The position numbers and the translations under genes are program-made. A stretch of 64,000 nt of DNA, from contig CBDBDQ010000005.1 of the NCBI GenBank assembly GCA_965203905.1, positions 7,392,001 to 7,456,000 of the forward strand, written 5' to 3'. This DNA is from Spirochaetia bacterium (GTDB taxonomy: Bacteria; Spirochaetota; Spirochaetia; SZUA-6; Bin103). Positions within the stretch are counted from its first letter, which is position 1; the number at the start of each line of letters is the position of its first letter. Below are positions 37,498-46,401 of this stretch, one piece after another. The notes under the pieces were generated by a model. That model did not search any database and was not told the DNA's origin. It saw only the letters and a list, made by a program, of their open reading frames with translations.

Positions 37498-39567
37498 CTA
37501 ATCTCCCGCGCCGGCCGCGCGCGGCGTGCCGGGCGCGGCGCATGCGTTGCGGGCGTCGCGCCGCGCCTGCTGCGCAAGCGCCAGATCGCGTCCCAGGTCG
37601 GCCACCCGCAGCTCCGGCATACCGGCTTGCCGCAGGCCGAGCAGCTCGCCCGGTCCCCGCAGCGTCAAGTCGCGTTCGGCGATCTCGAAGCCGTCGGCGG
37701 ACTCCTTCAGCGCCCGCAGCCGCGCCGCCCCGGTGGCGGCCAGCGACGCCGAATAGAGGAGAAACGCGTAGCCCTGGCGAGGCCCTCGCCCGACGCGGCC
37801 GCGCAACTGGTGCAGGGTCGCCAGCCCGAACCGCTCGGCTCCCAGCACCACCATGCCGGAAGCGTTGCTCACGTCCACGCCTACCTCCACCACGGTGGTC
37901 GCCACCAGCACCGCCAGCTCACCATTGCGGAACGCCTCCATGGCGTCATGCTTCTGCTGCTCGGGCATGGCACCGTGGATCAGCCCCACGCCGAACTCCG
38001 GGAAGACCTCGGTGGTCAGCGTAGCGTGCAACGACACGGCGTCGGGAATCGGCGCGGGCGGCGCCCCGCCGTCATCCGGTGCCGGATCGGAGCCGCTGCC
38101 GTCGGCCGCCGGAGACTCCCCGATTCTGGGTGCGACGAAGTAAGCCTGCCCGCCGCCAGCCAGTTCCCGCCGCACCCGTGCCAACACCTCGGGCAGCCGA
38201 TCGCTGCGTGCCAGGTGGGTACGTACGGGGAGACGTCCGGGCGGCAACTGTCGAATCAGCGACAACTCCAGGTCGCCGTACACCGTCAGGGCGAGGGAAC
38301 GCGGGATCGGGGTCGCCGTCATGAGCAGGAGATCGGCTCCCGGGTTGCGCTCCAGCAGGTGGCGGCGCTGCGCTACGCCGAACCGGTGCTGCTCATCCAC
38401 GATCACCAGTCCCAGACGTCCGAACGCCACGTCACCCTGCAACAGTGCATGGGTGCCGACCAGGAGGTCGATTTGCCGGGCTCGCAGCGCGGCGAGCAAG
38501 TCCTGCCGCCCCGCGCGGCGCCCGCGGCTGGCGTCGGGAGCCGTGTTGCCCGTCAGCAGCGCCACGTTGATTCCGCAGGGAGCGAGCACGCCGGCGGCCG
38601 TTCGAGCGTGCTGCCGGGCGAGCAACTCGGTCGGGACGATCAGCGCCACCTGCTGCTGCGCCTCGATGACACAGGCGGCGGCCAGCAACGCTACCAGCGT
38701 CTTGCCACAGCCAACCTCCCCCTGCAGCAGGCGCGCGCCGGGCAGCGGCGCGCGCAGCCCGGCGGCGATCTCACGGCATACCGTCTCCTGGTCGCCGGTC
38801 AGCGCAAACGGCAGCCCGCGGAGCACCCGGTCGGACAACGCACCGGAAAAGTAGCGCGGCGCCCTTCGCGGCGGCTGCCGCCGGTGCAGAGCGAACTGCA
38901 GTTGCAGCAACTCGGCGTAGGCCACCGAGGTACGCGCGTGGCGCAGTGCCGCGCTATCGTCGGGGAAGTGCAGCGCTCGTATCGCGGCCGCCACCGGCAG
39001 CAGGCCGCGGCGTCTGCAGTAGCTGTCCCAGGGTGTCTCCAGCCCCTGCAGGCAGGTACACGCGGCGAGCATGGTCCGGCGCAGCAGCGCCGGGCGCACG
39101 CCCTCGGCAAGGGGGTAGACGGGTATGATGCGACCGAAGCTCGCCGCATCGGCGCCACGCTGCAGCTCGAACGTGCCCGCCTCCAGCGCCGTGCCGCGAC
39201 GTTCGAACACGGCCGCTACCGTGATCCGGGTACCGACCGGAAGGGAGCGGGCCAGAAACCGGCGGCCGAAACAGAGCAGCGCCGCGCTTGCCGGCTCCCC
39301 GGACTGCCCGGCGCCAAGCTCCAGCCGCAGGTGGCGGCCGCGCGGGCCAAACCAGCGGTGTGCCGTCACGGTCGCCTGCACCACTACCGGCCGCCCCGGC
39401 AGCACCGAGGACAGTGGTGTGAATCGGCTGCGATCCTCGTGGGCGCGTGGGAAGTGCTCCAGCAAGTCGCCCACCGTCGCCAAACCCAGACGCGCCAAGG
39501 CCCGCGCCGTGGCCGGGCCCACCCCCGGCAGGCTGGTCAACGGCGCGGTCAGGGTCGCCAGCAACAC
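37498..39567 (-). CDS. recG: ATP-dependent DNA helicase RecG
   Basis: LQGEVGCGKT, DEQHRFG, MTATPIPR, HQLRGRVGRG, DGFEIAE.DL.LRGPG. Confidence 0.97.
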   Translation of the reverse strand: MLLATLTAPLTSLPGVGPATARALARLGLATVGDLLEHFPRAHEDRSRFTPLSSVLPGRPVVVQATVTAHRWFGPRGRHLRLELGAGQSGEPASAALLCFGRRFLARSLPVGTRITVAAVFERRGTALEAGTFELQRGADAASFGRIIPVYPLAEGVRPALLRRTMLAACTCLQGLETPWDSYCRRRGLLPVAAAIRALHFPDDSAALRHARTSVAYAELLQLQFALHRRQPPRRAPRYFSGALSDRVLRGLPFALTGDQETVCREIAAGLRAPLPGARLLQGEVGCGKTLVALLAAACVIEAQQQVALIVPTELLARQHARTAAGVLAPCGINVALLTGNTAPDASRGRRAGRQDLLAALRARQIDLLVGTHALLQGDVAFGRLGLVIVDEQHRFGVAQRRHLLERNPGADLLLMTATPIPRSLALTVYGDLELSLIRQLPPGRLPVRTHLARSDRLPEVLARVRRELAGGGQAYFVAPRIGESPAADGSGSDPAPDDGGAPPAPIPDAVSLHATLTTEVFPEFGVGLIHGAMPEQQKHDAMEAFRNGELAVLVATTVVEVGVDVSNASGMVVLGAERFGLATLHQLRGRVGRGPRQGYAFLLYSASLAATGAARLRALKESADGFEIAERDLTLRGPGELLGLRQAGMPELRVADLGRDLALAQQARRDARNACAAPGTPRAAGAGD

Positions 39568-39571
39568 CTCG

Positions 39572-40168
39572 CTAGGAGAGCGAGAACAGGTATCTCACCA
39601 GGAACTCGGTGACGACGCGTCCTACGATCCATATCCCGAACAGGATCACGATGGTGATCAGGAGATAGTTCGCCTCGCTGCCGTTCTCGCCCAGCGGGAT
39701 GTAGCGCGCCACGGTGCGCACGGGAGCCTGCGCCAGGGCATGCACCATGCGCGCCATCGGCGTGTCGGTGCGGCCGAGGAAACGCAGGGTCACGAAGCGC
39801 GCGACACAGGCCACCAGCAGCACCAGCACGATGATCGACGCCATGCGCCACGCGGCGAACACCGATACCCCCAGGAAGTAGCCGGCCGTGACCTGCTGCT
39901 GATTGGCCAACTGCCGGGTCATCTCGGAGGCCACCACCAGCACGAAGATGCCGGCCAGTGGGGTGAAGTCCATCCCGCCGGCACGCAGGAAGGTGAAGCG
40001 CTGGAAGAGCTGGAGGTAGGGGTCGGTAGCCTGGCGCAGGTAGCTGGTGAGGGTGTTTGCCGCCCCGCCCGGCGACACCCCGCGAAACCAGGACGCCATG
40101 ATGCGCAGCACGATCAGCAGCATGTAGGCGATCAGGGCTACGTTGATGACGCGAAAGAAATCCTGCAT
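39572..40168 (-). CDS. YggT-family membrane protein
   Basis: LIVLRIMASWF, TDPYL..F, MDFTPL; two-repeat architecture. Confidence 0.85.
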   Translation of the reverse strand: MQDFFRVINVALIAYMLLIVLRIMASWFRGVSPGGAANTLTSYLRQATDPYLQLFQRFTFLRAGGMDFTPLAGIFVLVVASEMTRQLANQQQVTAGYFLGVSVFAAWRMASIIVLVLLVACVARFVTLRFLGRTDTPMARMVHALAQAPVRTVARYIPLGENGSEANYLLITIVILFGIWIVGRVVTEFLVRYLFSLS

Positions 40169-40180
40169 GGTTTGCGGCCG

Positions 40181-41488
40181 CTAATCAGGCCCATCGGGAA
40201 GTATGCGATAGAAACGCGACTCGGAAAAGATACCGGGCGCGGTCCGGATGGCGTCGAGAGCGGCCCGTGCGCGCTGCTCGGCCACGGGGTCCACCAGCAC
40301 GTAGAGATCCGACGGTTGCTCGGGATCTTCCCACTTCTGGTGCACCGACTCGATGTTGATCCCGTGCTCGGCCAACAACCCCGTCACCTGGGCCCAGATG
40401 CCCGGTCGGTTCTCGGTGACGAAGTGGAAGTAGTAGCGGAACGTGAGCTGCTCCGAGGGAAACAGTTCGCGCGGTGCCGCCGCGGGCTCGGCCGCGGCAC
40501 CACCCGCCAGCAGGTCGGTCAGGTCGGCGGCCACCGACGACGCGGTCGGCTCGCCGCCGGCGCCGCGGCCGATGAGCACCGACGGCCCCTGGAAGTCGGA
40601 ATCGATGAGCACCGCGTTGAACTCGTTGCCCACGCCCGCCAGGGGATGGTGCTCGGCAACCAGGGCGGGGAACACCGCCACCGAGGTCAACCCGTCGATG
40701 ATCCGGCCCATCGCCACCAGCTTGAAGACGAACCCCGACATACCGGCGAAGGCTACGTCCTTCGCGGTCACACTCTCGATTCCGTCCCACATCGCGTCCC
40801 GGTAGCGACACCAGCCGCCGAACGCCAGGCTGCTGAGAATCGCCATCTTCTGCACCGCGTCGGTGCCGTCGACGTCCAGGGTAGGATCGGCTTCGGCGAA
40901 ACCGTGTTCCTGGGCCTCGGCCAGAGCCTCCGCAAACGACGCCCCGGCCTGCGTCATGCGCGTCAGGATGTAGTTGGTGGTGCCGTTGACGATGCCGGTG
41001 AGGCTGCGGATGCGGTTTGCACTCAGGCTCTCGCGAATCACCTTGATCACCGGGATGCCGCCGCATACCGACGCCTCGAAGCGAAGCTGCACGCCCTGGC
41101 GGTGGGCCAGCGCCAGCAGTTGGTCGCCGGACTCGGCGATCAACGCCTTGTTGGCGGTGATGACGTGCTTGCCGGCACGGATGGCGGCGGTTATGAGCTC
41201 GCGCGGCTGCTCCACGCCCCCCATCAGTTCCACGACCACGTCGACCGCGGGATCCGCCAGCACGTCGCGGTAACCCTGCACCAGCAAACCGGGGGGCACC
41301 GCGCGCGGCTTGTTCAGGTCGGACACACCGACGCGCACCAGCTCCACGCGCACGCCGAAGCGGCGCGTCCACACCTCGCCGTTGGACGCAATGAGGCGCG
41401 CGAAGGCCCCTCCCGCGGTTCCCAACCCCACCAGACCGATACCGATCCGGCGTACCGTACTGCTGCCTTGCTGACTCATTCGGTCCAT
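40181..41488 (-). CDS. hom: Homoserine dehydrogenase with C-terminal ACT domain
   Basis: GLGTAG, TANKAL, FEASVCGGIP, NGTTNYILT, GFAEADPTLDV.G.D, GRGAGG..TAS. Confidence 0.95.
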   Translation of the reverse strand: MDRMSQQGSSTVRRIGIGLVGLGTAGGAFARLIASNGEVWTRRFGVRVELVRVGVSDLNKPRAVPPGLLVQGYRDVLADPAVDVVVELMGGVEQPRELITAAIRAGKHVITANKALIAESGDQLLALAHRQGVQLRFEASVCGGIPVIKVIRESLSANRIRSLTGIVNGTTNYILTRMTQAGASFAEALAEAQEHGFAEADPTLDVDGTDAVQKMAILSSLAFGGWCRYRDAMWDGIESVTAKDVAFAGMSGFVFKLVAMGRIIDGLTSVAVFPALVAEHHPLAGVGNEFNAVLIDSDFQGPSVLIGRGAGGEPTASSVAADLTDLLAGGAAAEPAAAPRELFPSEQLTFRYYFHFVTENRPGIWAQVTGLLAEHGINIESVHQKWEDPEQPSDLYVLVDPVAEQRARAALDAIRTAPGIFSESRFYRILPDGPD

Positions 41489-44400
41489 GCCTCGCTCACC
41501 TGGGGCACGCGGCGCAGGCGGTCGATCGCCTCGGCGCCACCGTCGACGCGCAGAACCGGGTGAGCCCTGATTACTACCTCCCTGCGGGTATCCATGTAGT
41601 GAATGTACAACCTCAGATCGCCGCGGGTGTCGATACAGCGGTTATACAGGTCGGCGAGCTGCTCGTCGGTTGCCGCGGCGTTCACGCGCAAGTGCAGCGA
41701 CCGCGCGACGCGATCCGCCGCCTGCTGCGGCTCGCTGAGCGACTCCACCAGCAGCTTGGGATCACCGCGGCTGCGATCCACGGTACCGGCGGCGGCCACC
41801 ACCGCGCCGCTCTCCAGCAACGCGCGACTGGCGCTGAACGGGTCGGAGAATATCACCATCTCGGCGGAGCCGGAAGTGTCCTCCAGGCTGGCGAACGCCA
41901 TCTGGCGACCGGTGCGGGTCTGGATCTCGCGGATTTCCCCCACTACGCCGATCGCGGTCACCGTGGTCTCGCCCTTGGCGCCCACGCGGGCATAGGCGGC
42001 CAGCTCGGCGAGCCGCACCGCCGCCTTGCGCTCCATCAACGCGCGGTACTCGTCCAGGGGATGCCCGGAGAAGAACATGCCCAGCGCTTCCTTTTCCAGC
42101 CGCAGCCGTTCGCGCTGCGGCAACTCCTCCTGCGGCTCGAGGGCGAAGCGGCGCGGCAGGTCCTGGGTGTCGTCGAACAGCGACTGCTGGCCGTAGCGGC
42201 GGCTCTCCTTCTCCGCCGCTACCTCCTCCAGCAGCCGCTCCACGTTGGCCAGCAGGGTGGCGCGGTTGTGACCCTCGTGCAGCCCGTCGAAGGCGCCCAC
42301 CTGGATCAAGGTCTCCACCACCTTGCGGTTGACCTGCCCGAGCTCCACCCGTTCCAGAAAGTCGACGAGATCGCGATAGGCGCCACCCTCGGCACGCCGG
42401 GCGACGATCTCGGCCACCGCGCCGGCGCCCACGTTCTTGATTCCCTGCAGGCCGTAGACGATGCGGCCCTCCACCACCGAAAAGTCGCCCACCGACAGGT
42501 TGACGCTGGGCGGCGCCACCTCCAGGCCCAGGTCGCGCGCCTCGGCGATGTATTCGGCCAGCTTGTCGGTGTCGGCCATCTCGTTGGTCAGGTTGGCGGC
42601 CATGAACTCGGCCGGATAGTGCGCCTTGAGGTAGGCCGTCTGGAAGGAGAGCACCGAGTAGGCGGCGGCGTGCGGCTTGGGAAAGCCGTACTCCGCGAAC
42701 GGTGCCAGCATCTCGAACAGGCTGGCGGCCGTGTTCCTGGGGTGGCCCCTCTCCCGCGCCCCGGCGATGAACCGCTCCCGCTGCTCCTCCATCTCCTTGG
42801 GCTTCTTCTTGCCCATGGCGCGACGCAGGATGTCGGCCTGACCCAGCGAGTAACCGGCGACCACCTGGGCGATCTTCATCACCTGCTCCTGGTAGATGAT
42901 GACGCCGTAGGTCTCCTCCAGGATCGGCTCCAGCTCGGGCAGCGGGTAGCTGACCCGCGTCCGTCCGGCCTTGGCCTCGATGAACTGGTCCATGAACTGC
43001 ATCGGTCCGGGTCGGTACAGCGAAGTGAGCGCCATCAGGTCCTGGATCCGCTGTGGCCGCGCGCGGGTCAGCAGACTGCGCATGCCGGGACTCTCGAACT
43101 GGAACACGCAGGTGGCCTTGCCGGCGCCGAGCATCTCGTAGGTGGCCGCGTCGTCCTCCGCAATGGCTGCCAGGTCGAACGGCTCGCTGATTCCCTGCGC
43201 CGCCTGCCGGGCGCGGATCAGGCGCGCGGTGTTCTCGATCAGGGTGAGGGTCTTGAGGCCGAGGAAGTCCATCTTGACCAGGCCGCAGCCCTGCAGCACG
43301 TCCTCGCTCGTGTACTGGGTCGAGATCGCGCCGGTCCGCGTGTCACGGTACAGCGGCACGTAGTTGGTCAGCGCCTCACGCCCGATCACGATGCCGGCGG
43401 CGTGGGTGGAGGCATGGCGCGACAAGCCCTCCAGCTTCAGGCTGGTGTCGATCAGGTCGGCGTAGTTGCCGCCGCGCTGGCGCACCTCGCGCAGACCGCC
43501 CTCCTGCTTGAGGGCCACCTGCAGGCTGCTCTTCGGACCGGCCGGAACCAGCTTGGCGATGGCGTCCGCCTCCCCGTAGGGAATCTCCAGCACCCGTGCC
43601 ACGTCGCGGATCACCGCGCGCGCCTTCAAGGTCCCGAAGGTGATGATCTGGGCCACGCGCTCGGCACCGTACTTCCGCGCCACGTACGCGATCACCTCGC
43701 CGCGGCGCTCGTAGCAGAAGTCGATGTCGAAATCCGGCATCGACACCCGCTCCGGATTGAGGAAGCGCTCGAACACCAGCCCGTACCTGAACGGTTCGAT
43801 GTCGGTGATGCGCAGCGCGTAGGCCACCAGTGAAGCGGCCCCGGAGCCGCGCCCCGGGCCCACCGGCAGGTTGCGGTCGCGGGCGAACGAGATGAAGTCC
43901 CACACGATGAGGAAGTACCCGGCGTAGCCCATCTTCTCGATCACGCCCAGCTCGTAGTCGAGGCGCGCACGCAGCTCCGGGGTCACGGTGGCGTAGCGCC
44001 GCGCCAGCCCCTCGGCGGCGACCTGGCGCAGGTAGGTTTCCTGGGTATGCCCGGCGGGTACCTCGTAGTCCGGCAGCAGGGGGCCGGGCTGCGGGATCTC
44101 CAGCTGGCAGCGCTCGGCCACCTCGCGCGTGTTGCGCAACGCCTCGGGAACGCCGTCGAACAGGCGCTGCATCTCGACCTCGTCCTTGAAGTAGAACTCC
44201 TGGCTGTCGAAGCGCAGCCGGTCCGTGTCACTGAGCCGCTTGCCGGTACCGACGCAGATCAGCACGTCCTGGGCGTGGGCGTCGTCGCGTTCCGCGTAGT
44301 GCACGTCATTGGTCGCCACCAGCGGGATGCCGGTGCGCCGCCCGATCTCGATCAGCGTGCGGTTGAGCGTCTCCTGTTCCTGCAGCCCGTGGTCCTGCAG

Positions 44401-44940
44401 CTCCAGGTAGAAATGGCCGGCGCCGAACAGGTCGCGGTAACTCACGGCGAGGTCGGTGGCCTCGGCGACGCGCTGCTCCCTGATCAGCGCGGGAATCTTC
44501 GCCGACAGGCACCCCGAGAACCCGATCAGGCCCTCGGCGTAGGTCGCGAGCACTTCCTCGTCAATGCGCGGCCGGTAGTAGAACCCCTCCGTGTAGCCAA
44601 CGGAGGAGAGCTGCATCAGGTTGCGGTAGCCGGTCTCGTTGCGCGCCAGCAGGCCCATGTGGTAGTTGCGCTGCGCGGATCCGCCGCGAACGCCATTGCC
44701 CTGGCCCCGCTCGTGGCGCGAGCCGTGGCTGACGTAGCACTCCGAGCCGACCAGCGGCGTCACGCCGCGGGCCCGGCACGCCTCGTAGAACGTGACCGCC
44801 CCGAACATGGACCCGTGGTCGGTCAGCGCCAGGTGGCTCATGCCGCACGCCACCGCCTTGTTCACCAGGGTGTCGATGGAAGCGGCGCCGTCGAGCAGCG
44901 AGTAGTCGGAGTGTACGTGCAGGTGGACGAAGCCGGACAT
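41476..44940 (-). CDS. dnaE: DNA polymerase III subunit alpha
   Basis: PHP HLHVHSDYSLLDG, GRGSGAASLV, PDFDIDF, KMDFLGL, OB fold. Confidence 0.98.
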   Translation of the reverse strand: MSGFVHLHVHSDYSLLDGAASIDTLVNKAVACGMSHLALTDHGSMFGAVTFYEACRARGVTPLVGSECYVSHGSRHERGQGNGVRGGSAQRNYHMGLLARNETGYRNLMQLSSVGYTEGFYYRPRIDEEVLATYAEGLIGFSGCLSAKIPALIREQRVAEATDLAVSYRDLFGAGHFYLELQDHGLQEQETLNRTLIEIGRRTGIPLVATNDVHYAERDDAHAQDVLICVGTGKRLSDTDRLRFDSQEFYFKDEVEMQRLFDGVPEALRNTREVAERCQLEIPQPGPLLPDYEVPAGHTQETYLRQVAAEGLARRYATVTPELRARLDYELGVIEKMGYAGYFLIVWDFISFARDRNLPVGPGRGSGAASLVAYALRITDIEPFRYGLVFERFLNPERVSMPDFDIDFCYERRGEVIAYVARKYGAERVAQIITFGTLKARAVIRDVARVLEIPYGEADAIAKLVPAGPKSSLQVALKQEGGLREVRQRGGNYADLIDTSLKLEGLSRHASTHAAGIVIGREALTNYVPLYRDTRTGAISTQYTSEDVLQGCGLVKMDFLGLKTLTLIENTARLIRARQAAQGISEPFDLAAIAEDDAATYEMLGAGKATCVFQFESPGMRSLLTRARPQRIQDLMALTSLYRPGPMQFMDQFIEAKAGRTRVSYPLPELEPILEETYGVIIYQEQVMKIAQVVAGYSLGQADILRRAMGKKKPKEMEEQRERFIAGARERGHPRNTAASLFEMLAPFAEYGFPKPHAAAYSVLSFQTAYLKAHYPAEFMAANLTNEMADTDKLAEYIAEARDLGLEVAPPSVNLSVGDFSVVEGRIVYGLQGIKNVGAGAVAEIVARRAEGGAYRDLVDFLERVELGQVNRKVVETLIQVGAFDGLHEGHNRATLLANVERLLEEVAAEKESRRYGQQSLFDDTQDLPRRFALEPQEELPQRERLRLEKEALGMFFSGHPLDEYRALMERKAAVRLAELAAYARVGAKGETTVTAIGVVGEIREIQTRTGRQMAFASLEDTSGSAEMVIFSDPFSASRALLESGAVVAAAGTVDRSRGDPKLLVESLSEPQQAADRVARSLHLRVNAAATDEQLADLYNRCIDTRGDLRLYIHYMDTRREVVIRAHPVLRVDGGAEAIDRLRRVPQVSEAWTE

Positions 44941-45016
44941 GGCCGTCGCCCGCACCTTAGTCCGGCAGTTTCCCCCGCGTCCAGTGACCCGAGGATGGAT
45001 TAGGATGGATGGGGCG

Positions 45017-46297
45017 CTACTCGCCGTCGCGGCGGTGGTGCGAACGCCCGGGGAGCTGCGCCCGGATGGCAGCCAGCTTGGCCGCCTCCACCGGGTCGGC
45101 GCGCACCCGCACCAGGTACTCCAGGAAGAACGCCAGCAGAATGGACAGCAGGAACACGATCAGGGTCCCCACGACGCAGATCAACGCCCGGCTCGGCCAG
45201 TGCTTTACTTCCGGTACTTCCACCGCCTCCAGCACCTGGAAGGTGCGGGAGGGATCGGTCTCCTCGATGCGCGCCAGCTCGTACTGCTCGCGCAGCAAGG
45301 CGTAGATCTGCTCCTGGATCTCGAGGTCGCGGCGCAGGTTGAGGTAGTCGGCGGCCACGCCCGGCAACTCGTCCTGCGGTATGGTCTGCGCCGAGAACGA
45401 ACGGAATCCGGTCTGCAGCTCGTCGAGCACCTGGCGCACGATGTCGATCTGGCTCTGGAGTTGCACCACCGACGGGTCGCTGGCGGGAAGCAGTTCGCGC
45501 AGGGACTGCATCTCCACCTCCTTGGACAGCAGCTCCCGCTTGTAGTCGGCGAGGAGTTGAGCCAACTCCAGGGACTGCTCCTGGATGTCGATGATCCCGT
45601 ACGCCCGGTGGAACGCCACCAGCCGGTCCTGTGCCGCCTGGCGGTCGGCGCCAACCACCGCCAACCGCTCCTCCAGGTGCTGCTTTTTCAGCACCACGGT
45701 TTCCATGGTCAGCGCATGGAACCGCTGCTCCAGGTGTTCGAGGATGCGCTCCAGCACGCGGGCCGCGAACTCGGCATCGGTCTCCTCGTAGGAGATCGCC
45801 AGCACCGCGGAATCCAGGTCGAACTCGTACGTCAGCGACCGCTCGGCCATGGCGCGGGCGCGGGTACGCGGGTTGTCGGTGAAGCCGTAGCGCGCCACGA
45901 AGTCGAACTCCTCGATGATCCGGTCGTGAATGGTTCGCCCGGCAAGCAACTCCTGGGCCAGGGCGGCGCTGCTCCCTCCCGCGCCGACCCCGCCCAGCAG
46001 CTCGCCCAGGGAGCCCGCCCGCTCCAGCGCGAGGTTCAGGGCCGACAGCCGCGACGACTCGCGCTCCAGGAGCAGCACCTTCGCCTGCGGCCGGTAGACA
46101 TCGGGAAGCAGATTCCAGGGGCTGGAAGGGGGCAGGTAGATCGTCAGCAGCACGTAGGCGAAGATCAACAGCGCGCCGCCGGTGGTACTGCCGACGATCA
46201 GTCGCCCGCGCCTGACCAGCACGCCGACCAGATCGAGCAGCGAGACGGTGTCGTCATGCTCCGCCGCGGGCGACGGCGCGTCAGGCACGGAAGGCAT
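45017..46297 (-). CDS. Wzz/GumC-like polysaccharide co-polymerase
   Basis: VSLLDL N-terminus, TM helix, long coiled coil, C-terminal EVP..K.WPSR plus TM helix; no kinase domain. Confidence 0.8.
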   Translation of the reverse strand: MPSVPDAPSPAAEHDDTVSLLDLVGVLVRRGRLIVGSTTGGALLIFAYVLLTIYLPPSSPWNLLPDVYRPQAKVLLLERESSRLSALNLALERAGSLGELLGGVGAGGSSAALAQELLAGRTIHDRIIEEFDFVARYGFTDNPRTRARAMAERSLTYEFDLDSAVLAISYEETDAEFAARVLERILEHLEQRFHALTMETVVLKKQHLEERLAVVGADRQAAQDRLVAFHRAYGIIDIQEQSLELAQLLADYKRELLSKEVEMQSLRELLPASDPSVVQLQSQIDIVRQVLDELQTGFRSFSAQTIPQDELPGVAADYLNLRRDLEIQEQIYALLREQYELARIEETDPSRTFQVLEAVEVPEVKHWPSRALICVVGTLIVFLLSILLAFFLEYLVRVRADPVEAAKLAAIRAQLPGRSHHRRDGE

Positions 46298-46401
46298 GGC
46301 GGATGGCGGCACGCTAACACTGTTTCGCCGCGCCGGGCAACTGAACGGGAGTCACCCGATTCACCCAAGCCAACGGTTTGACGCTACACTGCGGCCGCGC
46401 C

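Noticed and set aside
37627-46381. Long plus-strand ORFs opposite recG, hom, dnaE and the wzz-like gene
   Set aside because: Same antisense-shadow artefact; the minus-strand genes are unambiguous
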